Shown here one piece after another: positions 14,059 to 26,436 of a stretch of 64,000 nucleotides of DNA. Each line of letters begins with the position of its first letter. Within the stretch, counting starts at the first letter, position 1. Below the pieces are notes generated by a model. That model was not told the origin of the DNA, did no database searches, and worked only from the letters and a program-made list of their open reading frames with translations. This DNA comes from Octopus sinensis (Eukaryota), in NCBI RefSeq assembly GCF_006345805.1, contig NC_043017.1, positions 13,454,001 through 13,518,000 of the forward strand, written 5' to 3'. A program made the position numbers and the translations under genes.

Positions 14059-14128
14059 TTAAACAGACATACACACAAACACACACATTGCTTCTTCAGC
14101 TTTTGATTTATTTCATAATAGTTTTCGT

Positions 14129-14523
14129 AGGCGCAGGAGTGGCTGTGTGGTAAGTAGCTTGCTAACCAACCACATGGTTCCGGGTTCAGTCCCACTGCAT
14201 GGCACCTTGGGCAAGTGTCTTCTGCTATAGCCCCGGGCCAACCAATGCCTTGTGAGTGGATTTGGTAGACAGAAACTGAAAGAAGCCTGTCGTATATATG
14301 TATATATATATGTGTGTATATATATATATGTTTGTCTCCCTAGCATTGCTTGACAACCGATGCTGGTGTGTTTATGTCCCCGTCACTTAGCGGTTCGGCA
14401 AAAGAGACCGATAGAATAAGTACTAGGCTTACAAAGAATAAGTCCCGGGGTCGATTTGCTCGACTAAAGGCGGTGCTCCAGCATGGCCGCAGTCAAATGA
14501 CTGAAACAAGTAAAAGAGTAAGA
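14129..14523 (+). mobile_element. SINE family B, full length
   Basis: Same motifs as 6832-7229. Confidence 0.88.
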
Positions 14524-15345
14524 GAGTTTCATTTTTCCATCCCCTTTTCTGAAAGTGGCAAGAGTTTGGACAGAGACGTACTGAGGCAGTATCTTTATGG
14601 ATGCCCAGCTGCATTCTCTGCAGCCAATGCATACCTAATTGTTCAGGTAAGGTACTTTATCTCTATTCCACACGTTTTCACACAGAGCTATGGAATGTAC
14701 TGCTCATAGGAGACCTAAGCATCAAGAGCAGACACACAGAATTTAAATAGTTATGCACACGCACACACACAAACACAACGGTTTCCCATACAGTTTCTGC
14801 CTACCAATTCCACTCAAAGGTGCTGGTCAGTCTGAGGTTTCAGTAGAAGACACTAGCTCAAAGTTTCCTCACTGAGATGGAACCCCAAACTATCAGGTCA
14901 TGAAACAAGTTTTGTGCCCACCTGTATTATATATTCTTATATATCATAGTATTATATAACAGAGATGCAGGCATTAGTCATCATCATCATCATCGTTTAA
15001 CGTCCGTTTTCCATGCTAGCATGGGTTGGACTGTTTGACTGGGGTCTGGGAAGCCAGGAGGCTGCGCCAGGCTCCAGTCTGATTTGGCAGTGCTTCTACA
15101 GCTGGATGCCCTTCCTAACGCCAACCACTCCGTGAATGTAGTGGGTGCCTTTTACGTGCCACCGGCACAGGTGCCAGGTGAGGCTGGCAAACGGCCATGA
15201 TCGGATTGGTGCATTTTATGTGCCAAGCGGCACAGAAGCCAGTCAAGGCGGCGCTGGCATCAGCCACATTCGGATGGTGCCTTTTACGAGCTACTGGCAC
15301 AGGTATCACAACTACAATTTCCATTTGGTTTTTGTTTTAATGTTG

Positions 15346-15377
<32 letters not shown>

Positions 15378-15722
15378 GTACACATATATATATATGTACA
15401 CATATATATATATATGTACACATATATATATATATGTACACATATATATATATATGTACACATATATATATATGTACACATATATATATATGTACACATA
15501 TATATATATGTACACATATATATATATGTACACATATATATATATGTACACATATATATATATATGTACACATATATATATATGTACACATATATATATA
15601 TGTACACATATATATATATGTACACATATATATATATGTACACATATATATATATATGTACACATATATATATATGTACACATATATATATATATGTACA
15701 CATATATATATATATATATACA
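15346..15722. repeat. Minisatellite, unit about 16-18 bp (GTACACA(TA)n), about 20 copies
   Basis: Directly visible periodicity. Confidence 0.95.
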
Positions 15723-15959
15723 ATGACTATATAAGAATAGATTATCCAGGTGGGTGTAGTGGGTGCTTTTTACATGCCATGTTTGCATAAGTAATAAAAT
15801 ATATCATGAAGTAATATTTCATCATAATTCTATGACTTGGATTATGAGGTATGACAAAAGAACTTTGGCACTAAATAACATACAATATTACAACAAAAAA
15901 TAAAACAAAAATCAATATATTTGTATATGTGTGTTTACTTAGATGGCTATCATGACTAA

Positions 15960-16247
15960 TCTATATATATAAAACTGTAGTTGTGTGAGTGTCTGTCCCC
16001 TTCGATTTAGATTCCTAACTACTCCCACATTTTGCGGTGCAGTTTAACCAAAACCGGGTATCTTATAGTCGTGATTCATATCGAGCCCTTCTGGGTATTA
16101 GCGCGCGTCTACGATGAGTCTACGATTTTAAAAATAATTTACCATCATTTTTTTCCATTTTTAATGCATTTTTTTGCTATAACTCTCTAAAAATGCTGTA
16201 TAGTTATTTCCCTTACAAACCCGAGCAACGCCGGGCGATACTGCTAG
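15960..16247 (+). mobile_element. Non-autonomous Helitron (same family as 8235-8634)
   Basis: A|TCTATATAT...CCCGAGCAACGCCGGGCGATACTGCTAG|T. Confidence 0.85.
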
Positions 16248-16492
16248 TTTATTATAATTATCTTTTTCCTTACAAGTAATTTTCTAGAAATATCTGCTAA
16301 GTCATTAATTTGAAATAAAAATATGAAATATATTTGGTAGAGCACTACATGTAATTATTTTTTTCTTATATCACTTTATATGATGTTTATATCTGTTGGA
16401 TAAACATGACTTCTGTGACCTGTTCACAGTATATTTTCACAGCAAAACTAATTATACTTATCAAACGTATTATATTGTATAAGGTTTCATAT

Positions 16493-16879
16493 GGATGGAA
16501 GCACTCCGTCGGTTACGACGACGAGGGTTCCGGTTGATCCAATCAACGGAACAGCCTGCTCGTGAAATTAACATGTAAGTAGCTGAGCACTCCACAGACA
16601 CGTGTACCCTTAATGTAGTTCTCGGGGATATTCAGTGTGACACAGAGAGTGAAAAGGCCGGCCCTTTGAAATACAGGTACAACAGAAACAGGAAGTAAGA
16701 GTGAGAGAAAGTTGTGGTGAAAGAGTACAGCAGGGATCACTACCACCCCCTGCCGGAGCCTCGTGGAGCTCTAGGTGTTTTCACTCAATAAACACTCACA
16801 ACACCCGGTCTGGGAATCGAAACCGCGATCCTACGACTGTGAGTCCGCTGCCCTAACCACTGGGCCATTGCGCCTCCAA
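16493..16879 (-). mobile_element. SINE family C (tail type 1) with a 13-bp TSD
   Basis: TAAGGTTTCATAT at 16480-16492 and 16880-16892. Confidence 0.9.
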
Positions 16880-17154
16880 TAAGGTTTCATATACACATCT
16901 AAATATAGCTTAATTCACTGTAGGACATCCACCAACATCCATAATGTCAAACCTCTTGAAGTACAGTTTGTTGTGATTTGTAGTCACAAAGTCAGCCCTG
17001 ATCCTGTACATCAGTTTTCAAATCTCAGGTTAGTAAACCTAATTCAGCAAGGCCCATGATTAAGTCCCAGATCAGTCCTCATCAAGTAAATCATAGATCA
17101 ACTCTCATGTATGATCAAAGACATTTCTGCCATAACCATGCAGGGGAACTGAAA

Positions 17155-17552
17155 CTTGAGTGACTGTGTGGCAAGTAGTTTGCTTACCAACCACATGGTT
17201 CCGGGTTCAGTCCCACTGTGTGGCACCTTGGGCAAGTGTCTTCTACTATAGCCTCGGGCCGACCAAAGCCTTGTGAGTGGATTTGTAGACGGAAACTGAA
17301 AGAAGCCTGTTGTATATATATGTGTGTGTGTGTGTGTGTTTGTGTGTCAGTGTTTGTCCCCCTAGCATTGCTTGACAACCAATGCTGGTGTGTTTACATT
17401 CCTGTAACTTAGCAGTTCAGCAAAAGAGGCTGATAGAATAAGTACCGGGCTTACAAAGAATAGGTCCTGGGGTCTATTTGCTCGACTAAAGGCAATGCTC
17501 CAGCATGGTCACAGTCAAATGACCGAAACAAGTAAAAGAATAAAAGAGTAAA
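17155..17552 (+). mobile_element. SINE family B, about 120 bp from the LIM exon donor
   Basis: Family B motifs. Confidence 0.85.
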
Positions 17553-17675
17553 CTACACAAGCATTCTACCTTGCCTGCACACAGGTACTTCCACATATGC
17601 CCCCCACCACACGCAAACACTACAACAGAATTCATTTATCAAAAGCTTAAACTTTGCGGTAAATTTTCCCCTTAC

Positions 17676-17876
17676 CTTATAGTCAGGTCCTACTGGTTTT
17701 CTACAAACATAACAGTTGTGGGCAAACAATTCTTGATAACAAGGTATACAGTAGGGATTCTCATCTTTTAAGATATATCTACAAGCTATCAGTTTTTTGT
17801 CGCAGTGTTTGCAGGCCAAGTGATCTTTGTGGAAATTCTGTTCCATAGCTTTTGTGTATTCAGAAGAAAATATTAG
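17676..17876 (-). CDS. FHL2: Internal coding exon of an FHL2/Limpet-like multi-LIM-domain protein
   Basis: Acceptor TTTTCTTTTTAATTTCAG| and donor AAG|GTAAG bound 201 nt (67 codons, phase 0/0): LIFSSEYTKAMEQNFHKDHLACKHCDKKLIACRYILKDENPYCIPCYQELFAHNCYVCRKPVGPDYK. It shows the LIM pattern H-x2-H-x2-C-x2-C-x17-C-x2-C followed by the next C-x2-C, and resembles the Limpet/FHL segment LIFSGEYTKAM...YCIKCYE..FA..C..C...IG.D.K. The symbol is family-level only; orthology was not tested. Confidence 0.9.
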
Positions 17877-18329
17877 CTGAAATTAAAAAGAAAAGCAATC
17901 ATTAGTTTATAGACTACGAAGAAGGTAGTTTTGTATATTATACAAGAGGGTAATAAAAATGGGGTGGGCGTGGGGGAGGGAAACAAAAGATATATATATA
18001 TCACATAAATATGTCAATTTTCATTTTATTTAATAATTAAAATAAAGACAACTGAATAATCATCACCATTTAGTGTCAATGTCTCATGCTGCCAGGGTTG
18101 GAACAGTTTGACACCAATTAGTCTAAAGACTGCATTGTGTATGTATGTAGGTGTGTATGTGTGTGTATCTGCTTTAGCATGGATTCTACAACTGGATGCC
18201 CTTTCTAAAGCCAATCACTTTTGAAGGTGTACTGGGTGCTTTTTTTTTTTATCATGGCACCAAAACTAGTGGGGCCATCATGCAGCTAGCAAGACAGGTG
18301 GCTTTATGCTTGGAGGTCGGGGTTAAAGT

Positions 18330-18895
18330 ATGAGAGAACTGTAATAAGTTAGGTTAAGTTTTTGGCTCAAAAGCAAATAGCAAGGCCATGTAGGGGGACA
18401 TGGAGTTAAGTACAGGGTGGTGTTCATGCAAAGAGTTCAGGCCATTTCTGGTCAGGAGAGACTTTGAACCGAGCGGTCGTCGGCATCTTCACTATCTCAT
18501 CCGGCAGCTTATTCCACGGATCCGCAACCCGGACGGAGAAAGCCCCTCTCCTTTGATTGAGATGAAATTGTCGCAGATAGAGCTTTTCGGAGTGACCCTG
18601 CAGCCGACGCTCTGGAGCAGGAGTGAAGAACAGCTCTTTCGAGAGGTTACACTTTCCGCTTATGATGTTGTGAGCAAGAATGAGATCACCACGGCGTCGT
18701 CGTTTTTCTAGAGAATAAAGGTCGAGCATCTTCAGCCTTTCTTCGTAAGACAAATGCTTGAGACCAAGAACCATGCGGGTAGCCAGCTTCTGGACTCTTT
18801 CGAGATGCTGTATGTCTTTGAGGAGATAAGGAGAAGAGACTTGAATCCCGTACTCCAATATGGGTCTCACCAGCGTGACGTATATATAGCATCAC
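18330..18895 (-). mobile_element. 5'-truncated CR1-clade LINE (ORF2 C-terminus plus 3' UTR)
   Basis: Translation YVTLVRPILEYG...LERVQKLATRM...SYEERLKMLDLYSLEKRRRRGDLI...GHSEKL...FSVRVADPWNKLP contains the standard CR1 ORF2 C-terminal motifs. Confidence 0.9.
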
Positions 18896-19156
18896 AATAT
18901 TTTACTAGTGGAATTGATTGTGTGCATGTGTGTATACATACATACATATATCATCAACATTTACCATCTGTTTTCCATGCTGGCATGGGTTTGACAGGAG
19001 CCATCCAGCCAAAGAACTGGTCAGCTTCCAATTGTCTGTTTTGGCATGGTTTTTGTGGATGGATGTCCTTCCTAAGTAGTCATCATCATCATTGTTTGAC
19101 CGTGGTCAAGACAATGGAATTTACTATGCTACGCCAGACTTCACGGTCCAACATAT

Positions 19157-19383
19157 ATTTCTTTACTACCCACAAGGGGCTAAACACAGAGGGGAGAAAT
19201 AAGGACAGACAAACGGATTAAGTCGACTATATCAACCCCAGTGTGTAACTGGTACTTAGTTTATCGACCCTGAAAGGATGAAAGGCAAAGTCGACCACGG
19301 CGGAATTTGAACTCGGAACGTTACAACAGACGAAATACGGCTACACATTTTGCCCGGCGTGCTAATGTTTCTGCCAGCTCGCC
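19157..19383 (-). mobile_element. SINE family A
   Basis: Same head, centre and tail as 57209-57440. Confidence 0.85.
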
Positions 19384-19387
19384 AGTC

Positions 19388-19650
19388 CAACATAGCATTA
19401 CGGAGGTCCTGTTGTTGGATGCCTGTATCCCTGGAGATTACATCAGGGTAGGAGAGTGTGCGCCCTCTGGTATCGCGAGCAGATGGCTTCCAGGGGAGAA
19501 GAGTAGAAATTGCCTCGTTTTCAGCTCTACAACAATGTCCAGCAAACTGGACTCTCCTGCCTTTCACAAGAGATGATACAGGTGGTAGTTTCCCATATAT
19601 TTGTATTTTGGTTGGATGACGCTTCCACGAGAGATTTTGAGCTGTGTTCA
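19388..19650 (-). mobile_element. RTE-clade LINE 3' fragment, abutting a SINE
   Basis: NLSWKRHPTKIQIYGKLPPVSSLVKGRRVQFAGHCCRAE...RTLSYPDVISRDTG resembles an RTE ORF2 C-terminus; same family as 30655-30951. Confidence 0.75.
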
Positions 19651-20789
19651 TATCCCTGTTACCCGTCTTTCAAGTACCAGGCTCTTTCTTACTCTCTCAC
19701 TGATGATGATGATGATAACAATAGTGGTGATGATGATGATAACAATAGTGATGATGATGATGAATTCCCGGAAATATTATGCAATGCCTACTTCTATTTA
19801 TTTTGTGCGGTAAAGGGGTTAGAGAGTTTCTACAGTGATATCATTTACTAAGGCATGGCATAAGAAGCATTACGAAAACACAGATTCTTTCTCAGCCTCT
19901 CAGCTGAAATACCTCATCGAGGAAGGCAATTAGTCTCAAGTTACAATGTCTGGTATTTTCGTGTAAGGCTACTTACAATTATTTCGTGGTTACACCGTGG
20001 AATTGGCCCCTATCACATTCGTAATGTATATAGATCATTTCCATCATCACCAGCACTATCGGCACACACCTACCAACGCCACCCTTAACACCAATAGTAT
20101 CGTTATTATCATTGTGTTAATTGCTGTTTTTCTAACTAACGGAAGGGTGGGTATGGGGTGGGAATGGAAAGGAGAGATGCGTAATTTGGAGAAAAGGCAA
20201 CAACTTAACAATATATTCTTTCCAATAAAAGGAAATAGCTTTGGTAGGGATGTTATCTAATAAGCAGAACATATTGCAATGTAATTAGTCTTTTATTCTG
20301 GCTGAGAAATTATATACTCAGGCATTTCAATGCTTGCAAGAACTTGCAGAGTAGGGTTGAATAATAATTAATACTATTGTGTTAAATGAAAGAACTTTTA
20401 TTGGAAAATATACAAAGAATTTAATATATTTCCAATGAAAACATGATAAATTATGTTGATTTCTGTTTTCTTAACTTTTATCTGACCAGTTTTTGTTGTA
20501 TCTTGGGAGGGTCATTATGTCAATAATAAAAACACACACTGGTTGTATTTCACTTCTTTTGTTGTTTTTTTATGCCAACTATTTAACCATTTAACTAATC
20601 AATTGTTTCATTAATTATTCAGTCAATTAATCAATCAATCATCATTCACGATCTCGTCAATAATATGCCCTGTCAGCTTCAGGTCTTGAAGCTGATTAAC
20701 TGAATAAGTAACCATTTAACCAATCAATTTGATTAAACAATTAATAACAAAAGAAATGAAACAGAACCAGTGTTATTGGCATAAAGAAA

Positions 20790-21112
20790 AACTGGCATTT
20801 CATTGAATGTTCCAGTTGATCCAGTCAATGGAACAGCCTGTTCTTGAAATTAATGTGAAAGTGGCTGAGTACTCCACAGACACACATACCCTTGATATGG
20901 TTCTCAGGGAGATTGAGTGTGATACAAGATGTAACAAGGCTGGCCCTCTGAAAAACATGTACAACTCATTTTTACCAGCTGAGTGGACTGGAACAATGTG
21001 AAATAAAGTTTCTTGCTCAAGGACACAATGCTCCACCGGGTATTGAACTCATGACCTTACAATCACGAGCCAAATGCCCTAACCACTGAGCCACACACCT
21101 TCACAATGGTAT
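20790..21112 (-). mobile_element. SINE family E head with tail type 1
   Basis: GGCTCAGTGGTTAGGG...TGTGTCCTTGAGCAAG body joined to the family C type-1 tail. Confidence 0.65.
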
Positions 21113-21938
21113 AGAACCTGTCTGTGATACAACAAAATATGTAACCATGTTTCTACTGAAGTGTGTTGCCCATGTTTTGAATTTAATTTTGAAAAATAAT
21201 TAAGAATTTAGATGGATAACCTTTGTTATTATGAAATGGGTTTTTGGAATATAACATAATCATTCTCAGATAAAACATCAATCCTTTTAATATCAACCCA
21301 CCTGAGCCTGCCCCTGGTTCTACAAGAGGGTGTTGAAACATTGAAGATTCAAGTACTTGATTATCTGGATTACCTGCTCTTGAATTTGTGTATAAGTGGC
21401 AAGAAACATATACCCCTAGAAGTGTATAGAAACATGTACCCCTAATGTAATGCTCAGGTAAAAATCAGCAGTGTGACAAGGCTGTACCTTTTGAATTGGA
21501 AGTACAATACCCCAAACAGGCTTCTGTACAGTTTCTGCTTTCACAATTTCATTCACAAGGTATGAGTTGAACTGGGGCCATAGGAATTGACATATGCCCA
21601 AGATGCTACACGATGTGATCAAACCTAAAATCTCATGGTTACTAAGTGAACTTCTTAACCAGTCAGCAACACTGCTCCTACAGTTATGATGTAGTCAAGA
21701 TACTTAAAAAAAACTAAAAAAAACAATTTCACTCTGTTTGTTTTCTTATTTTGTAACATAACTCAACTGTAAGAAGTAAATGTGCAGATTTATAGTCTGT
21801 TATGTAGTAAAAACAGTTGTAGCTTGACTGGTACATATCATGGGCTATAAATAAATATATATATAAGTTTGTTTACAAAATGTTCTCACATTCCAAAAGC
21901 TAAGACTTAGCATTATAAAAGCAGTATCTGCTGTCAGG

Positions 21939-22012
21939 GGTCTCTTAGCTTAATGGTACAGAATGCTTAGCCAGAGTTTGAGAGGTACAGGGTTTGATTC
22001 CCTGTAGAGAGG
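21939..22012 (+). pseudogene. Degenerate tRNA-like sequence
   Basis: A-box TAGCTTAATGG, T arm CAGGG-TTTGATT-CCCTG and TCTCT/AGAGA acceptor-like pairing. The D and anticodon arms are imperfect, so no identity is assigned. Confidence 0.5.
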
Positions 22013-22100
22013 CTTCCTATCTTCTAAAGAGTATTTACCCAATTTTCTAAGCTGTCTTCACAGCCACTCTGCATTCAAGAATTCTTAGTGGTTTAGCTTT

Positions 22101-22114
22101 GTTGCTATGGCAAC
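22101..22114. promoter_or_regulatory. RFX X-box-like palindrome
   Basis: GTTGCTATGGCAAC matches GTHNYY-AT-RRNAAC; function untested. Confidence 0.35.
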
Positions 22115-23113
22115 AATCCTGATACTTATTGATCAGACCTCTATATACATAATGTACAAAAAATAAAGGAATTCTTGAATGCAGGGTGGCTGTGAAGACA
22201 GCTTAGAAAATTGGGTAAATACTCTATAAGAAAATATAAAAGACATGTTAAAACATTCAACCTCAATCAGAAAATATTAAAATATTCTTAGGTCCTTAAT
22301 CCAAGGAGATTGCTTATCTCTTCAGAAAATATTTTGTCAATATTAGATAAAATGATGATGATGATAATGATCCTTTCTACTAGAGACACAAGGCCTGACA
22401 TTTTGGGGGAAGGGGGCTAGTTGATTATATCGACTCCAGTGCTGAACTAGTATGTATTGTATTCACCCTGAAAGGTTGAAAAAGTGAAGTTGGTCTCCAT
22501 AGAATTTGAACTTAGAATGTAAGGAGCCAGAAGGAACACAATAATAATAATTTCTAAATAAGCACAAGGCTTGAAATTTGACAAGGAGGGGTTAGTCAAT
22601 AACACTGAGCACAGCACTGGCCCTTTATTTTATTGACCTGGGACAGGTAGAAGGTAAAGTCGATCTTGGTAGGATTTGAAACCAGAATACAATGGTTTCT
22701 GATTTAGGCACAAAGCAAAGCCAGCAATTTAGACATCTATTAGACCCAAAAGCCTTTAATCTAGACATTCATTAGAAACAAAAGCCTTTTAATATCATAT
22801 TTTGGTTGAAATATTTTGCCTTTGTTTCAATTAATTTGAAAGTAATGAAGAATTTAGTAAAATAACCATTATCAATTTGGCATTTGGAATATATATTGGT
22901 TTCAAATTTTGATACAAGGCCAGTAATTTTGCTGGGAGGGGATAATTCTATTACATCAACATCAGTGTTCAACTGGTACTAATATTATCACGCTTGTAAG
23001 GATGGAAGGCAAAGAAAACTCAGCGGAATTTTAACACAGAACATAATGATGGAAGAAGGGACGCAAAGCTAACAAATCTGGCAGCATGCTGCTTTATTTG
23101 GAACATATATTAA

Positions 23114-23332
23114 CCCTTTAGTATTTAAACTGGCCATATCCGGCCAAAATAGCTAATCCGTTTTATGTTCAAACTGACCAGATCCAGGCTCTCACACCTA
23201 CCCTACAATGTTATTCTACATTAAGTAATTACACCATCAAGATCTTGAAGATATGAGATAATGCATGATTAATTCAAATCAATGGGAATCAATGGACATT
23301 ATGTTTGATAGAATAATCTGAACACTAAAGGG
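23114..23332 (-). mobile_element. piggyBac-type MITE (P1-related)
   Basis: TTAA|CCCTTTAGT...ACTAAAGGG|TTAA with a perfect TTAA TSD. Confidence 0.8.
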
Positions 23333-25713
23333 TTAACAGATTTTCATGGAAGGTTTTAATTAAGACCATTTTAAAACAGGGAATTTGAATCATAGAACCA
23401 TGGGCATTCTAAGGCATGTTGGTATCGCAAAGGTTACATAAGCCATTTGTTTGGAACAAAACTCTTTTAAAAAGATACTTGTTAGGAACAAAAATCTTTA
23501 AATAATTCTTTTGTTTAGAACAAAAGCCTATAATTTCGAAACAAGAAAAAAATTCTATCAACAAATTCCAGACTTGTTGCAGACAACAAGTCGAGACTTC
23601 ACTACCTAGCATAGTCTGAGATGATAATATAGAAAATTATTTCCAGATGCACCACACACCATGGAATGAAGATAACATAGGTAAGATATAAGACGGTAAT
23701 AAACGCTCTTTGTATCTTAAATGATCCGTGCCAATCTAGCCACCTACATCACTACCAGAATAACTACAACTCCATCTGTGATACTGGCTTCTCAAAGACA
23801 AACCTAGCCACCCACTTTTATATAAAAAGAAATGCTTTCTCTTTTAACTGAGTTATTTATTTTACTATCCACCCTGAGTTAGTATCGTATTTATTTATTT
23901 TATATTGCAACTTTGAACAATAGAGTTATTAGTTACAGGCTTCCAACAGACAGCATGTTGACAGAGCCAGAACACTGGCTTGTTGTGACTTTCTTTATTC
24001 TGAGTTCAAATCCCACTAAGGTCAACCTGGCTTTTCATCCTCCAGGGTTAACAAATAGTGAACAAGTCTGAGGAACTGGGTCAGCAGAGATGAAGTGCCT
24101 TTTGGTGTTCTGTCCTGATCTGGCCTTTTGTATTCTCACTGAGATCAACCTTACTTTTTATCCGCCAGGGACTGATTTGGTGGAAATGTTAAAGCCTCAG
24201 ACAAAGTGACTTGTGGTGTTCTGCTCTGGTTCCCAGAACAGAATCCCACCACTAAACATGTATTGTCTCCTACACACTGCTGGAGGCCATGACAAGCTAA
24301 TGCAGTAACAGCTTTCCCATTGTCCTCAATACAGCTGTGCAATAAATACAGGAGGATTTTGAAGGGCAAACACGACAGGGATTGAACCTGCAACTCTTTT
24401 TTCCACATTAATCAAACTCCTTAGAGAATGGTTCCAGGGTTGCGGACCCTTTGGAAAATATCTTTGATAACAAGGAAATACCAATGTTGACATGTTTCCA
24501 ATAGGCCAATGACCAACTTTTCAATTTCCCTTGGTTACTTTGTAGGATACCCACGATAGGGTACCCTATCATATAATATAGTCTTAGGAACAACATATCT
24601 GAAGAAAAGATGGGATCATCTCAGCTTATGCACCTTTGATCATAAGCTGACTCGAGGCTAAACAACAATCACAACAACCACAACTGCCAATAAAATTGTC
24701 AATCTCCTGACAAGTATGTAAACCATTTTAGTTTAATTAACATTCCTGTAATTATATTATTTCTTCTTGTTTATCTTTATTAGTCACAGACTAATACAAA
24801 CTACTGTAAGATAATTAAAATGACTAAAATCAATCAGTCAATCAATCAATGACATCAATTAACTAACTTTCGATGTTAATTATGTAATTACAGAGTTTGG
24901 AAATATAATGGTAAAGATAGAAATATGTTGGTGGGATTATTTGATGTGGGTTTAGTGAAGCAAGGAAAATGTATTCTAGCTCTGAAAATACATTATTAGG
25001 TGGTTGTGTATTAGACACACAGACAGACACACATACACACAGGCATATGTGTAACATATACACTCACGCACAGATGTACATGGACTGCACATGTACATAG
25101 ACAGACAGATGTACATAGAGACATATACACATACAAATGTGTATACACAGCCTCACATGGACAGACAGAGATTATGTAAATTGCTAGCGACAGGGATATC
25201 AAACAATGCAAAAACAAGTATATGAAGAAAGAAAACAATAAAAATAAATCGGCTTGATAAAAAGAGAATTTATTAGTAGAAAAACCAAATATATAAATCG
25301 GAAACTGCACAAATGACTTTGTTACTAAATATAGCATGATGAAGGACCAGCTGGCTAAAATACATGGAGTGAATGAGAAACCAGCTAAAATAAGAACTAG
25401 GGGTCATTGACAATAAAATATAGAATATCAAAAGTAACATAATAATAATATAATAATAATAATAATAATAATAATGATGATTTGTAGAATTTATTTCTAA
25501 TACATGCTGGTAACTAGCAGGATAATCTAAAATTAGGATTAACTCAGGTATTAAAATAAGTTGGAAGATCTGATTGGAATATTGATTTGGAATTTTGGCA
25601 CAGGACAATGACAAATTTCTATAGTTGTTCATTAAAAAATGCTGAGTAAAAATGAACGCTAACATTGACCTTTTAGAAATAGTAGCTGATCTCCCTCAAA
25701 GTACACCCTACCA

Positions 25714-26085
25714 TCTCTCTATATATAAACGGCAGTTTGTCTGTGTGTGTTTCTGTGTGTCTGTTAGGTTGTACCCTCACCCTGACCACGGCTTTCAACC
25801 GATTCTGATGAAACTTGACACACACATAGCCCAATGTCATAATTCAAAACTAACGCATCGAAAATTTTGAAAAGTTCCCCCAGTTCTGAAAAAATCGATA
25901 AATTCGATATGGGGTCGAGAATCAGAAACACAAACCACAGACTGTCTAGGGGACGCAACTCCACCTTTTTAACTCTCAAACAAAAATTTACCATCATTTT
26001 TCCCCATTTTTTTGCTATAACTCTCTAAAAATGCTTTATAGTTATTTCCCTTACAAACCCGAGCAACGCCGGGCGATACTGCTAG
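25714..26085 (+). mobile_element. Non-autonomous Helitron with a different 5' body and the same 3' end
   Basis: A|TCTCTCTATAT...CCCGAGCAACGCCGGGCGATACTGCTAG|T. Confidence 0.8.
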
Positions 26086-26250
26086 TATCAAATAAAGAAA
26101 ACACAAAAAATAATGTTGTACAAACATACCTTTAAAAACAAGAGATAATCACAAGTGAAATGGCTGTTGTGTATGTTTCTAGTTTTGATTTGCTTTCTAT
26201 GGTTGATGCCCTTTCTAACATCAACAACTTTACAGAGTTCGTTTTATTAA

Positions 26251-26436
26251 CCCTTTTGTTGCTGTATTTATTTTGAGATGCTCTGTGTTTCTCTCAATTA
26301 TTTTAGATATAACAAAGAATTTAGTAAAATAACTTAGTTATCATTAAGCTAGTGTTAGGAACATTAATTGTGACTAAGGTTTGGTGGAAGATTTTAATTC
26401 AAAACTTATGAAAAACAAGACATTTGTACTACAGGG
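26251..26436 (-). mobile_element. piggyBac-type MITE (family P2), end-degenerate
   Basis: TTAA|CCCTTTTG...CAGGG|TTAA; reverse-complement similarity to 43387-43606. Confidence 0.6.

Noticed and set aside
15145-15790. Long Y/I/H/C/V-rich ORFs (also at 28439-28777, 37595-38026, 38689-40342, 58109-58745)
   Set aside because: They are translations of TA/CA micro- and minisatellites that lack stop codons; no domain or splice support.
17553-17675. C-terminal extension of the LIM ORF (VRGKFTAKF...)
   Set aside because: Intron read-through past the GTAAG donor.
23409-23612. Cys-containing minus-strand ORF considered as the upstream LIM exon
   Set aside because: No LIM spacing and no CDE|GT end.
24151-24596. 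Two adjacent minus-strand ORFs
   Set aside because: No recognisable motif or splice signals; at most a decayed repeat.
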